Shown here: positions 1 to 12,200 of the stretch, one piece after another
How the letters are laid out: each line of letters begins with the position of its first letter
Numbering within the stretch: position 1 is the stretch's first letter
From: Carcharhinus longimanus
Taxonomy: Eukaryota
DNA length: 64,000 nucleotides
Reading direction: 5' to 3'
Assembly: GCA_030264375.1 (NCBI GenBank)
Contig: JASCQW010000128.1
Coordinates: forward strand, 20,554,961-20,618,960
Notes under the pieces: model-generated
The model's database searches: none
What the model was told of the DNA's origin: nothing
Seen by the model: the letters and a program-made list of their open reading frames with translations, nothing else
Position numbers and translations under genes: made by a program

Positions 1-1179
1 TCTACCTATGTACCAAAAAACAATGAATATTAAAATTGTGATTTATTAACCACTGCCTAAAGCCACCTCTAGCTAAGCTGCTCAAACACCCAATGAGATG
101 CAATCTCAGTGAAGTTTGCACAACTTTCTCCTATCAGGGAGGCATATCAAAAAAGTTCTGTCAGTATTAGAGGTGACATTTTTGTTTTTTTTAGAAAAGT
201 ATCATTTCTTGCAAGAATGTATTTAGCTTTACAATGTCAGCACACACCTTTGGCATCATGCTCTGATGAAAAGAGAGCACCATTAGTTGCAGCCTGCTTA
301 AACAAAAAGAAAATTTGCATAATTAAAATATTTAGGTTTCTGTTAATCTTCTGCATCACTGTTTACAAATGCAATTACGTATCTGCAACACATTTAACAA
401 CAGAATTGTGCAAACCACTATACATGAGTCACATTACTATGCTCTCCCTCTGAACTGTTTTGACCCATTTTAACAAGAAAGATAATGTATCTGGGTTCTA
501 TCTAGAACTAGAAATGCAGTTTACAATTTATTTATACTGTTCTGTGAAAGTCTAGATCATTCACAGTTAACAGCACGCACAGTAAAGCTTTAAACATTTT
601 AAGGTGTACATTAATTATGAGGGGACAGCAACAACAGCCAGACTACTTCCATTTGTTATACATGTAAGGAATAGATAAGGGTAATCACTTTTAGGGACTC
701 AGCCAAAAGGAATCTTTGATAATAAAGCAATAAACAGGATTATTAAAACTACTAATAATGACACTACAATAATGGTGTTCAAATTCTCAACTTTTGTGCC
801 TTAAATTGATCTAGCCTAGATCATCATTGGTCTTTACCGTTTGTATGGATCCGAATCAAGAGGGTAGTTTCCCAGTAGACATGAATCCATGTGCAAAATA
901 GAATCAGTTAGTACAGCATTCTCATCCAGTTTCTTGATTAAACAAACAAACATATCACACTGTCATAGCTGTGCTATTCTCAGAGATTGGTGATAAGGCA
1001 TATTGCTGGTGATAGCAGCAGGAACTTAACCCTAACACATCAGATATTCTGGATCAAATGAACTAATGCAGTTTACCCAAACTCCCACCTTCCCAAAATG
1101 CACAAAGCACTTATCTGCTCCTGCAAAATTATGTTTCCCTACAAACAAGTTCTTTAATTATAGATAATTAAGCTCTCAC

Positions 1180-1236
1180 CTGCGACTCCGTCAGCAAGTG
1201 CAGCAGCCGTCTCAGATGACTTAAGGAGGCTCCATT
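1180..1236 (-). CDS. HELZ-like: HELZ-like coding exon 4 (57 nt, NGASLSHLRRLLHLLTESQ)
   Basis: Acceptor tgcttccag, donor gtgaga; phase 0-0; 8 of 19 residues identical to recalled HELZ NGMVTKDLTRLKTLLSETE. Confidence 0.78.
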
Positions 1237-4200
1237 CTGGAAGCATAAAGCGACATGTGCTTTGTGCGCTATGAATTCTACTGAAATTGCATTAATTAAA
1301 AAACCAATTTCAATTGCCAAAATGCTGACCTACCATACAATCTTCAGTCTTACAATCGCACAAAGCATCATAAACATCCTTCAGTTTTCCCTCTAGAACC
1401 AGTGATGCCAACACATCTCTTAACAGGTTTTCCCCCAGAATTTCATGGAAGCATAAAACTTGGGAACAGAACAGTTAATTAACATGTGATAAGTATATCG
1501 ATCGTCAAAAGCCATACTAAGCATATATATGTTTTTTCAATATTAAAACTTTTAAAGAGCAATTCCTAAGAAACCTCAACTGGATTCATCATATTATACT
1601 TAAATATATAATTGATGCAAGCCGTTTTATACAACTTACCACTTTTACAATCTTCTTCGGCCTCTTTGTAATTCTTCTGTAGAGAAATACAGAAGTGTTT
1701 ACATTTATTCATTCATTCATTGAGGTGCCAAAATACTTAGAATAACTAATATTTAATACTCCTATTTTTCTTAGCAAAATCTATCACATAACATACAATT
1801 TAAAAAGAGTAAAAATTTAGATTGGTTGGTATTCACCTGACATATATTATGCACTACATTTAATTATTCATCTCTCATCTGCACCCCTATAAAGACCGAA
1901 AGAACGCCTAGATCTGTACCTCAAGCCGTGCCAATGATCTCTGATGAACGCAGCAAATATACATTTAAAATTAAAAATGTATTTGTCAATGCTTATTTTA
2001 AATGTATGCCAGCTATTTTCACTGTCAAAATTTACAAAGGGTGTCAGTGTTCATCAGCTCTCTCAATGAAAGCATGTCAGGATGAAGCAACTTTGTAACA
2101 AAAGCTTACATTGTACTATTTATGAAAGAAATTCTTGATTGAACTAAAAGGGATTGCTGGCACATTATAGCATTGAAGTCTCAAGCTGCAAAAACGTGAA
2201 GGTGCTCTCTGTGAAATGTTTCCAACATTTTAGATACACTAATGTTGTGTGCGAAAATACGTCTTGCACGTTCGCTTTTGTAAATTAACTTGACACAACT
2301 AAAGTGAAGGAATAATTTTAGGCCACAATAGTCTGGCTCCCAATGTGCTTTTCTCTGTTTTTCAAGATATAGGCAAAGTAGTCAAAACCAACATAGATTC
2401 TAATATAGACCATGATTATTAAACAGGGTAATTCACAAGGTAAATCTAACATTAAGTTGAGAAATACCAAAATACATTTATAGCATTCAATCAGCACCAA
2501 TGGAATGGAACAATATAGAAAAAGTGCATTTATTTAAAAGTTGTTACCACGTCCTGGACTAAACGGACCAGTTTTTAAAACATCTCTTTTTCAACCATGT
2601 TAGAAACCTAATCACATTAAATTGAGTCACTAAGCCCTCCATATGTTTGCCTCTCTCGCTCTCACACATTCAAAAGAACATCTGGACCATCTTCACCCAG
2701 CCACAGGCAAAACCGGGAATTAATTCCTAATGGCATTCTTCATAGATTTTTAAAACTCTATTTTAACTTCTATTAGCTTGGCTGATTGTTACCACAATCA
2801 ATACCTCCATTAATAATGGAAAATACAGCTGTGTGACTTACTATGTTAGTTGCAAGTGTACCTGTAACTAATACTTTCAAAGCCAACTGAAAGTTCATCT
2901 TCTCTCAAAATCTTAGACTAATTTCTACAAGCTGAGCAAAAATCAAGTTAGTCATATAAAAACCTTTCATGAATAACTTGTATCTTTTTCATTTTTATTC
3001 TAAGTCAGCCCTGTATCAAACCATAATTTCTTGTTTTTTTTAATATCTCCCCTTCCCACCTGCTTTTTCCTTAATTTTTTTTAAGCAGAGTAACTGTTTC
3101 ACTTAAGCAGTTATGTTACTGGGCTAGTACTCTAGTAACCTAAAGCAATAATTCAGAGAAAGTGAGCCCAATTCCTACCAGGGCTGCTTGACAAAATAAA
3201 AGTTGAAATACAATGTTGATACCAGTAGAAGTGACCACAAATTACTGTCAGATTGCCATAAAAGCCCTAATGGCTCACTAATGTACTTTATGGATGGAAA
3301 CCAACCACCCAGTCAGACCTATATCTGATTAGCTCCCACACCAGTGTGATTGATTCCTCACTGCCCCAAAATGGCATTTTGTTGTACAAAACCTCTATCA
3401 ACTTTTTAAGACAGACTATCACCTTCTCAAGGCAACTGGAGATGGACAATAAATGCTAGTGATGTCCTTATTCCAACACTGACTGGCATGTCCTGCAACG
3501 TATCTCCAGTGCCTCCAGTATACGGTCTCCAAACTAACATATATCCATCACAAACATTTCTCCACATTCAATCATCCTCCTGCTCTTTAAACCTTGCAGC
3601 TTGGCAAGAATCCAATAAATTTAGGAAAACACTAACCTTACCCCTGCAATTAAGCTAACTGTATGTACAAATGATATTTAACCAGGTTGCAAATCTTGTT
3701 TAGTACATCTATTACAGTTATATTCACTGATAGACAATACTGTGAAGACATTTTTGTACACTTGGAGATAGCCATTGTTTTCCTGAAAACTGCCTCCCAA
3801 TCTCACCCCTTCACATCATGTACAGAACATTTTTAGTCTTCCGTTCACAAAGTGAATAAATACAATACCTTCTTAGCTCTTGGAAAGCACTGTATATTGG
3901 ATCCATTGAGCTTTATAAGAACGAACATTATATCCTACATTAAATCCAGTACTTTTTAAACGAGCACAGGGAATGTTATTTCCCAAGTGTCAGCGACCCA
4001 TCAGTAACACATCATTAGTCCAGGATAAGTCATGTATTGAGTAAATGTATGATTCAGCTTCTTTTCAGCTCAGATCCAAGTTTTCCTGAACTTCCAAGCA
4101 ACTTAAACTGTAAATTTTTTTTATGTTTGTTTATTTTATTAGTGTCACAAGTAAGCTTACGTTGACGCTGTAATGAAGTTACTGTGAAAATCCCCTAGTC

Positions 4201-7200
4201 ACCACATTCTGTTCAGATACGTGGAGGGAGAATTTAGCATGGCCAACCCATCTAACCAGCACATCATCTGAACTGAGAGAGGAATTTCACACTAAGTTCA
4301 TTGCAGTCTTAATGTAAGCCTTACTTGTGACGAATAAATAAAAGTTAACTTAACCAGAGCTCCCGGAGGAAACCCATGCAGACATGGGGAGAACATGCAA
4401 ACTCTACACAGACAGTCACCCAAGCCAGGAATCAAACCCAGGTCCCTGGCGCTGAGGCATCAGTGCTAACCACAGTGCCACCATGCCACCCCGTTGTCAA
4501 TTATATGGAGGTTTGTTCCTACTGCTTGAGATTCCTAGAACACGAGCTTCCAAACTGTTACTTTTATCCAAGTACAAAAAAGTCATTCAAACCCTCATTG
4601 AAAAAAAAGTGCTTAAGTTCCCAAATACCAAAAGACTGGGTAGCAAGGTCACATAGCCAATGAAAGGCTGCCCATGGTCCTTCATCCACAATATTTTGAA
4701 ATGTTAGGGTTGGATCTTCCTATGTTTATGAATGTATCATGGTGCTCCTTTTTGCAGACAATATTGTTATTACAAGACTCACCTGGGGCCCAGAGCACTC
4801 TATCCAGAATGTTAATCAGTTAAGCTATGAAATATGATAGTGAGTCACATCAACAATAGCTCCACTTCGTAAGCCAAAGAGGGATCTTAACAGGACTTAA
4901 GATATATGTATTACTGATCTGTGTAGTCGTTCAGAACCCTGGCTATGCCAACTTGACCAATCCTTCAGGGCCCTACAGAGATGGTCTTTCTTCAGGACCA
5001 GCCACTTCCTATTCCTAAACAAGCACGTGGTGTGGGAGACTGGTCTGAAACACCTCTTCATAGCCTCCTGGTCTCTGCCTGGTTCAAGATTCAGAACCAA
5101 GCAATGAGATGATTTTGTGGCCTATAATAACTGGTTTCTGTTTATTCTGGAAGCAGCTTCAACCCAGATGCACTTCTCCAGGAAAATTGGTAGATGGGTA
5201 GATCATTTAGCCGTTCATGCCTATTCTGCCATTCAATGAGATTGTAGCTGATCTGTTACATAATTCTATATACCCCTTTAGCCCCATATTCCTTTATCAC
5301 CAATTCAAGACGAGCATAATTAAGCTGTCGGAGATAAGCAAGACTGCTAAACGGTACAGTGGTTGACAAAACACAATATCCTATTGTAGGTCATTCCACC
5401 ACAACAAAGGCAATTTCTGTTGGGAAAACCAAGGTGACTACTACTGCAAGATTTTTACTTGGAGAGCACAAATGGGAGCATGTCAACAGTGGTCTCCAAA
5501 TAGTTGGCCGAGGTCGACAGGTCGAGCCTGGAGTCTTGAAAAATTGATCTTCATTTGCTGCCGAAAATGCACAAGACTTGGGCTTCTTGTGATAACAAGC
5601 AAATCAGCCCATTGACTGCTGAACCTCAAAAATGGCGGAACTTGGGCTTCATATAATGATGACCGAATCAGATCATTGATTTCCATACCACACCAAAAAT
5701 GCGTTGAACTCAGTCTTCTTGTGATGAACTATTCAACTCATCGACTGCCAAACTGCACCAAAAATGCAGGAACTAGAGATGATGGGCAAGTCAGCTTATT
5801 GACTGCCAAACCACGTAGAATTTTCTCATGATGACAAGCAAATCAGCTCAACTGTCAAATTGCAGGTGTCAAATGTGGACTAAGCTGGGTGTAAACAAAA
5901 TGATGAGCGAGGAACCAGTAACCTCCAAGAGGGCAAAAACCTATCATTTCCACTAGGAATGGAAAGTTTTTTTTCCATGAATGTTAAAGGCAAGACCATA
6001 TGTCAATAGAGTATAGCCTTAAGTAGAGGTAATTTTGGAATGGCATCACAAGACAATTCATGCAAAATTTCTAGAGAATTTCCCTTTAAACAGCACTATT
6101 TGGACAAAGAAAGTTGGGGAGTTAAAGGAAGTGTTGCAAGCTCAACTGTCATTCTTTTCAAAACCTTTGGCTAAAGGCAAGGCAAGCAAAAAGACACCTT
6201 TTCACATGAGCCAAGCGTTGTTAAAATGCAAGTTGTTGTTCAGAGATGGTGAAGTTATCAAGGGGGCTACGATGGTTGTTGCTGACATCTTGTTCAAAGA
6301 CTTCAAAAACAAAAATGAAATTATGACAGCTATTAAAAGCATGATGCTTGCTGCTTCAACAGTAGCCAGAAAGTTGGAATTGTTGTTAGAGGATGTCGCA
6401 GCAAATACATCAAGAATTATCAGGCTGTGAATGTTTCTCACTACAGTTTGATGAGTCAGTAGACATGATGGATACAGCCAGATCATTGTTTTCATTCACG
6501 TGGCATTCAAAGATGCAACAACAATGGAGGACTTCCTCACTTTTTTGCCATTCAAAGGGAGGACAAGAGGTGAGGATGCCTACAAAGAATCTAGAAAGGT
6601 ATGTGACTGAGAAAAAACATTAAAACATTCTGGTCAGGAAACTGGTTTCAATCAAACTGGTAGCGCACTGTCAATGCTATGTGTCAACGCAGGCTTTGTT
6701 GCACTTCACAAAAATGATCTTGAATTCCCCTCCTTTGTCAATTATCACTATGTATCCGCCAACAAGTGCTAGTAAGGTTATTGAATTTTCTCATGTAATG
6801 ACAGTCATTGTCAAGATCCCTGAAATTGTCACCTTCCTTAGATCAAGAAATAAGGTGTACAGGAAGCTGACAGGTGACGTGTGGTTGCTCATCCTGGCAT
6901 TTCTCAGGGATGCAAGTATAAAATTGAATGAGCTAAACAGTGAACTGCAGGAGAGGGACAGAGACTTGAATATATTCACTGCACTGATCAAGTATGACAA
7001 GTTGAAACTGAGCCTGTGCTCCTCCCAGATATGGAACAAAATTATTGAGCACTTCTCAAATCTGGAGAAAATCAAACAACAGATCAAACAGAAAAGGTCT
7101 CATCTTGAAAGGCGAAATTCTTCTTGTGAAAAGGAAGATGTATAAAAAAAGATTTCTTATAGCTGAAGATTACTTACTCGGTGATAGAAGTTTAGGAATA

Positions 7201-9191
7201 ATTAATCCAATACAAGAAGCCCGCAAGTCTGCGTTACTCCAGCACATTGTCGATAAGTGGTCAATTTGTCTGCCTTGGTAATGAGCTATAAGAATGGACC
7301 AAACACTGGAGGCTGGAATTTTTCAAAATTTGATTAAGAAAACCCAACTTTCTGCCAGGTATGGCAATCCTAGTTGAAAAAGCAGTAATTCTAGCCCCAG
7401 CGAAACATAATCTTCATTAACCCTTGGCTCTATCAATCTGCATCTCAAGAACAAACTTACGTCGATATAGCACCTTTCGTATTTTCAGGACATCCAATGA
7501 GTATAAACACAACAGCCAATCCCACCGAGATAAGGGACCAGATCATTCATTTTAGGATGTTAGTGGAGGGATTAAATGCTAATTGGCATACAAAAACATC
7601 CCCATATTTCAAATAGTGCTGAGGAATATTTTACATCCACTAGTGAGGATGTAATAAACACAATTTGTTTCTTTCTCACTCCTTTGCAGTATTCTGACTG
7701 GAAGTACAATTTGAGTAGTGTATGAAAGGATCTTAGCCAAAACAGTGTTTGTTTCTGTTCCCTCCCATTTGAACTGACAGATATTGACAAAATGTGAAGA
7801 AAAACCCACTATATTGAGTCCAACAAAATGGATTCAAATAAAAGCAAAACACTGAAAATGCTGGAAATCTGAAATAAAAATTAGGTGCTGAAAAGTTTGG
7901 CAAATCTGGCAGCATCTGTGGGGAGAGAAACAGACACCGACTCTAATATGACTCGAGCTCCAAAGAATCATATTCGTCTAGACACACTAAAATGATTCAA
8001 GTTTGGTTTTCCTGCTGACGGTGCAGCTGGTGCAGAAAATTAGAACTGTAGATGTCCTGTTTAATTCCACACAAAATTACTCTCTGCAACAAACACTAAA
8101 ACAAAGAATTGTTTAACATTTTGCTTAAAGAAAATCTACTCCGAAACTATTTTCTGAAGGAAAATGTGACCAGATACCTGCTCTCAACTGGAGAAAGGCA
8201 TGGTTCCTCAACTTTTTCTTTGCAGAGAAATGTGAAACAGGCAGGTTCCTTTCACACGAAACAAAATTTTTAGAAATAGTCACTTTTCAGAGACAGCAAC
8301 AGAAAGAGCTTTCAGTCACTATTCTATCATGGTTAGTTACAGTTTCTCTTAATTCAACTGCAACTCAAATTGTCATACAGGAAACGTCGACTGTCTCCCT
8401 CAGCAGATGCTGCCAGATCTGAGTTTTTCCTGCATTTTCTGTTTTTATTTCAGATTTCCAGAATCAGCAGTACTTTGCAGAATAGCAACGTGTAAAACAT
8501 TTTGCAAAAAAACAGAATTTGTGGGCTCACCTGAAAGTGCAAAATCTTTAAATAAGTCTGGATTTGTCATGCCTGTGTCAAGAACGCAAGTGTAAGACAA
8601 CAATGGATATGTATTTTTTTTTTAAAAAATGGATATGGACAATTCATCTCGACCCAAAATGGAGCCAGAGTCATGTGATTTTTGTAATTTTTACTCAAAG
8701 AACGAGTTCATGTCTCTGTAAAGTCATTAAAATGTAAATGTCCACGGATAATGTGCTCCTCCCTTGAAGAGGCATTCTAGATTAAAACCACTTATGGTTT
8801 TAGCTTTTTTTCATTATCTAATGGGCAGTGGGCACTCGTGGCAAGGCCACTATTTGTTGCCTATCCCTATTTACCGTTGAACTGAGTGGCTAGCTAGGCC
8901 ACTTCAGAGGCTTTTTGAGAGTTAAACCATAATACTGGTGGTCTGCAGTCACACGTGGGCCAGACCAGGTAAGGATGGAAGATTGCATTCCTAAAAGGGC
9001 ATTAGTGAACCAGCTGGGTTTTTACAACAATTGATGAGTTATTGATTGAATTTAAATTCCACCAGCTGCCATGTTGGGGTTCAGACCAGTCTCCCTCAAA
9101 TACTAGCCTGGGCCTCTGGATTACTGGTCCAGCAACAATATCATTACACCAACATCTGCCCCAATTCTATTTACTGAAACTCAATTTCCCT

Positions 9192-9234
<43 letters not shown>

Positions 9235-12200
9235 NNNNNNNNNNNNNNNNNNNNNNNNNNNNNNNNNNNNNNNNNNNNNNNNNNNNNNNNNNNNNNNNNN
9301 NNNNNNNNNNNNNNNNNNNNNNNNNNNNNNNNNNGAAAACTAACAGAGACTGGGGAGAAGCCAGTTTATTACAATCAAGTGCAAAAAACCACCAGCCACA
9401 CCACTGTCCCCCCGCCACTGTGTGGTAAAGGCCTCTATCATCATTTCATCTATGTCGATAACAGATGTATTGATCATGTGGTCACATGAACAAAACATAC
9501 TAGAGATAACGCACCTTATTAGTCCAAGGACCAGTTAGAGGCAAGTCAGTTTATAGACCAACAGGACGCAAGAGGGACCAACTTCTTACAAAAAGACAGA
9601 ACCCTACTTAACAACCAGTCAACAGAGGCAGTGAGAAAGGTGTTAATTTGTTGCCACCTGAAACAAAAGTTGTTCACTTTTTTTCTAAAGAAGCTTGGAT
9701 GAAACTTTATCTAAAAGACCTGGAGATTTCCAACCTCACATTCAAAGAGCCACAAGAGGGGACCCTACCTCCAGCCCTTTTGACAAGTTTATCCTAAAGG
9801 ACCAATTCAAGCACGTAATCGGTTTCCTTGTTATTCCCTTATCAATCTAAGTGCACCCATCATCTGTAAAACCCATCTTTTCTTGGATGTCTTGGTCTTT
9901 GTGTGAGAGAGTGAATGTTTTAACGCACTTACGTTGTGTGAATAAATGTTTATCTAGTCTTTTAACTTCAACTTACCAGAAAGTCAGTTTCATGTTTTAT
10001 CCTTTAAAGTCACAACACTCAAAGGGATTTATAAAGCTCCCTAAAAATATACATCTTGTTTTGGACAACCAAGAGGTGAGGGAAAAGGTTGTCCCACACC
10101 TCTCCTCATCCATAACAGCATTGAAAAACATACACAACAGATGGTTGATTTGGAATTACAAATGGTAGTTGAACTGAACAATGTCTCTCAAACTAAAGTG
10201 AAACTCAAGCAATTTAGCAAATTTAAAGATATAATCAGTGTCAGGCAGCTATATACAGCCTATAATTTTTACTAAATAAAATATACTTGCACCTCCTCAG
10301 GTGTCCTGGCTCATGTAGGGAAGACATGACTGCCAAACAATTCACTGTCAACTAGTTGAATATGCATTGAATAACACGAGTAATATAACACTCCATTTAA
10401 TTCATGCAAAACACTGGAAAAATATATATACATCACACACTAGCTGTATTTCTACAAAACAGAGGAAAGCAAGATACTAGTCAGATACCTACACACTGGG
10501 AAATGAATAGACATGAAATTGTATTGTTTTCAAATATTCAAATGGATAGAGGTATGTATAATAAACAGGAGGCAAAGTCAGAATTACTACTAGGAGATTA
10601 AACACAGAGAGAGGAACTAAAATAAACTTAAAAGTTATGAACTTGTTACCCTGCCGTAACTATTGAGATAGTGACACATACATTGTTTAAAAAGGAATGA
10701 GTAATAATTAAAAAAGGAGAAAATACAAGTTTTATGCAAGGAAAAGGCCAAGAAATGTAACGAGAACTGACAATTCCAGTTGATGGCACAGGTGTGAGAC
10801 CAAACTGCCTTCTTGTGGGTTCCAGTTTTTAGGTTTCCACGAACAGTCTGCCAGAATGAAATTTTCTACTTCCAACATTTACAAATAGAATTCTTTCCAT
10901 ATGATTCAACTGGGACTAGCCAGACAATGGAAATGAAATTTTCTCATCATTCCTTGGATCAACAAAATAAGTGATCAAAGAACAGGACACCAACCCATTG
11001 TTATGAAGTGCAACATAGCATTATTTCATGATGGGAGAAAACAGCAGGGGGAGTGAATAAGGGATTAATGGAGGTAGAGTTTACAGAAAATGAAAAATGC
11101 ACAGAATAAAGTAGCTACAGAAGAAGGTGGCAGCCATGATGTGGAGATGCTGGCGTTGGACTGGGGAAGGCACAGTAAGAAGTCTCACAACACCAGTTTA
11201 AAGTTTATTTGGGAGCACAAGCTTTTGGAGCGCTGTCTCTTCATCAGGTGAGTGGTTCACAAACAGGGCATATATAGACACAGAATCAATTACAAGAGAA
11301 TGGTTGGAATGCACTCTTAACAGGTAATCAAGTCTTTACAGGTGCAGACAACGCGAGTGGAGAGAGGGATCTTGGGTTCATGTCACAGTATCTGTAACCC
11401 CCCACAATTTGCCTGGCCTTGCAAAATCTTACTAACTGTCCTGGCTGGTCAATTCATACCTCCTTAACCTGTGTTTAACCCTCTGTCCACTCGCATTGTC
11501 TGCGCCTGTAAAGATTTGGTTACCTGTTAAGACTCGCATTCCAACCATTCTCTTGTAATTGAGCGTGTATCTATACACTCTGTTTGTGAACCCAATTCTC
11601 CACTCACCCGATGAAGGGGCAGCGCTCTGAAAGCTCGTGCTACCAAATAAACCTGTTGACTTTAATACGGTGTTGTGAGACTTCTTACAACAAGGAGGAG
11701 GAGGAGGAGGAGGAGGCCATCAAAAACAGCACCTGCTAAACAGAAGCTGCAACCTCAAATCATCATCTTGCAATGAACCAGATTAACTTCCTGAAAAGCA
11801 TTTCTGCAGATTACTATTNNNNNNNNNNNNNNNNNNATACTTACACATTTTACTTTATTTTATAAAAACATGCTCATTGAACTATTATGCACGGTGCATA
11901 AGATGAAATGAATCACAAGAAAATGACATGCAGAAATAAATGTGACAAATAGTATTTTTGAAAATCAAATTTATTAACAAAATTAAAAAACAAAGGAAAA
12001 TGAATTTGATTGTGCTAAATAACCTTACACCACAATCTGCACAATTCACAATAAAAGCTCAGTTCGTAACAAGCATGCCAGTATTTTCCTACGATTATGT
12101 TCTAACAGCACAGTTTCAGTGTATAAATCTATTTTACCTTCTGTAGTTACAAAAATAAATGCTACGAGAACTCACATAACTTCTCCATTTCTTGACGCAA

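Noticed and set aside
1180-1280. Longer 101-nt version of the last HELZ-like exon (VEFIAHKAHVALCFQ...)
   Set aside because: The frame is open, but the internal acceptor at 1237 plus the 125-nt exon reproduces HELZ homology and exon sizes much better.
5580-5875. Regularly spaced repeats superficially like a CRISPR array
   Set aside because: Eukaryotic context, degenerate tandem units without unique spacers, and located between a hAT end and its transposase.
9192-9234. Long poly-G run and the resulting poly-Gly/poly-Pro ORFs
   Set aside because: Abuts an N gap; most likely a sequencing or assembly artefact.
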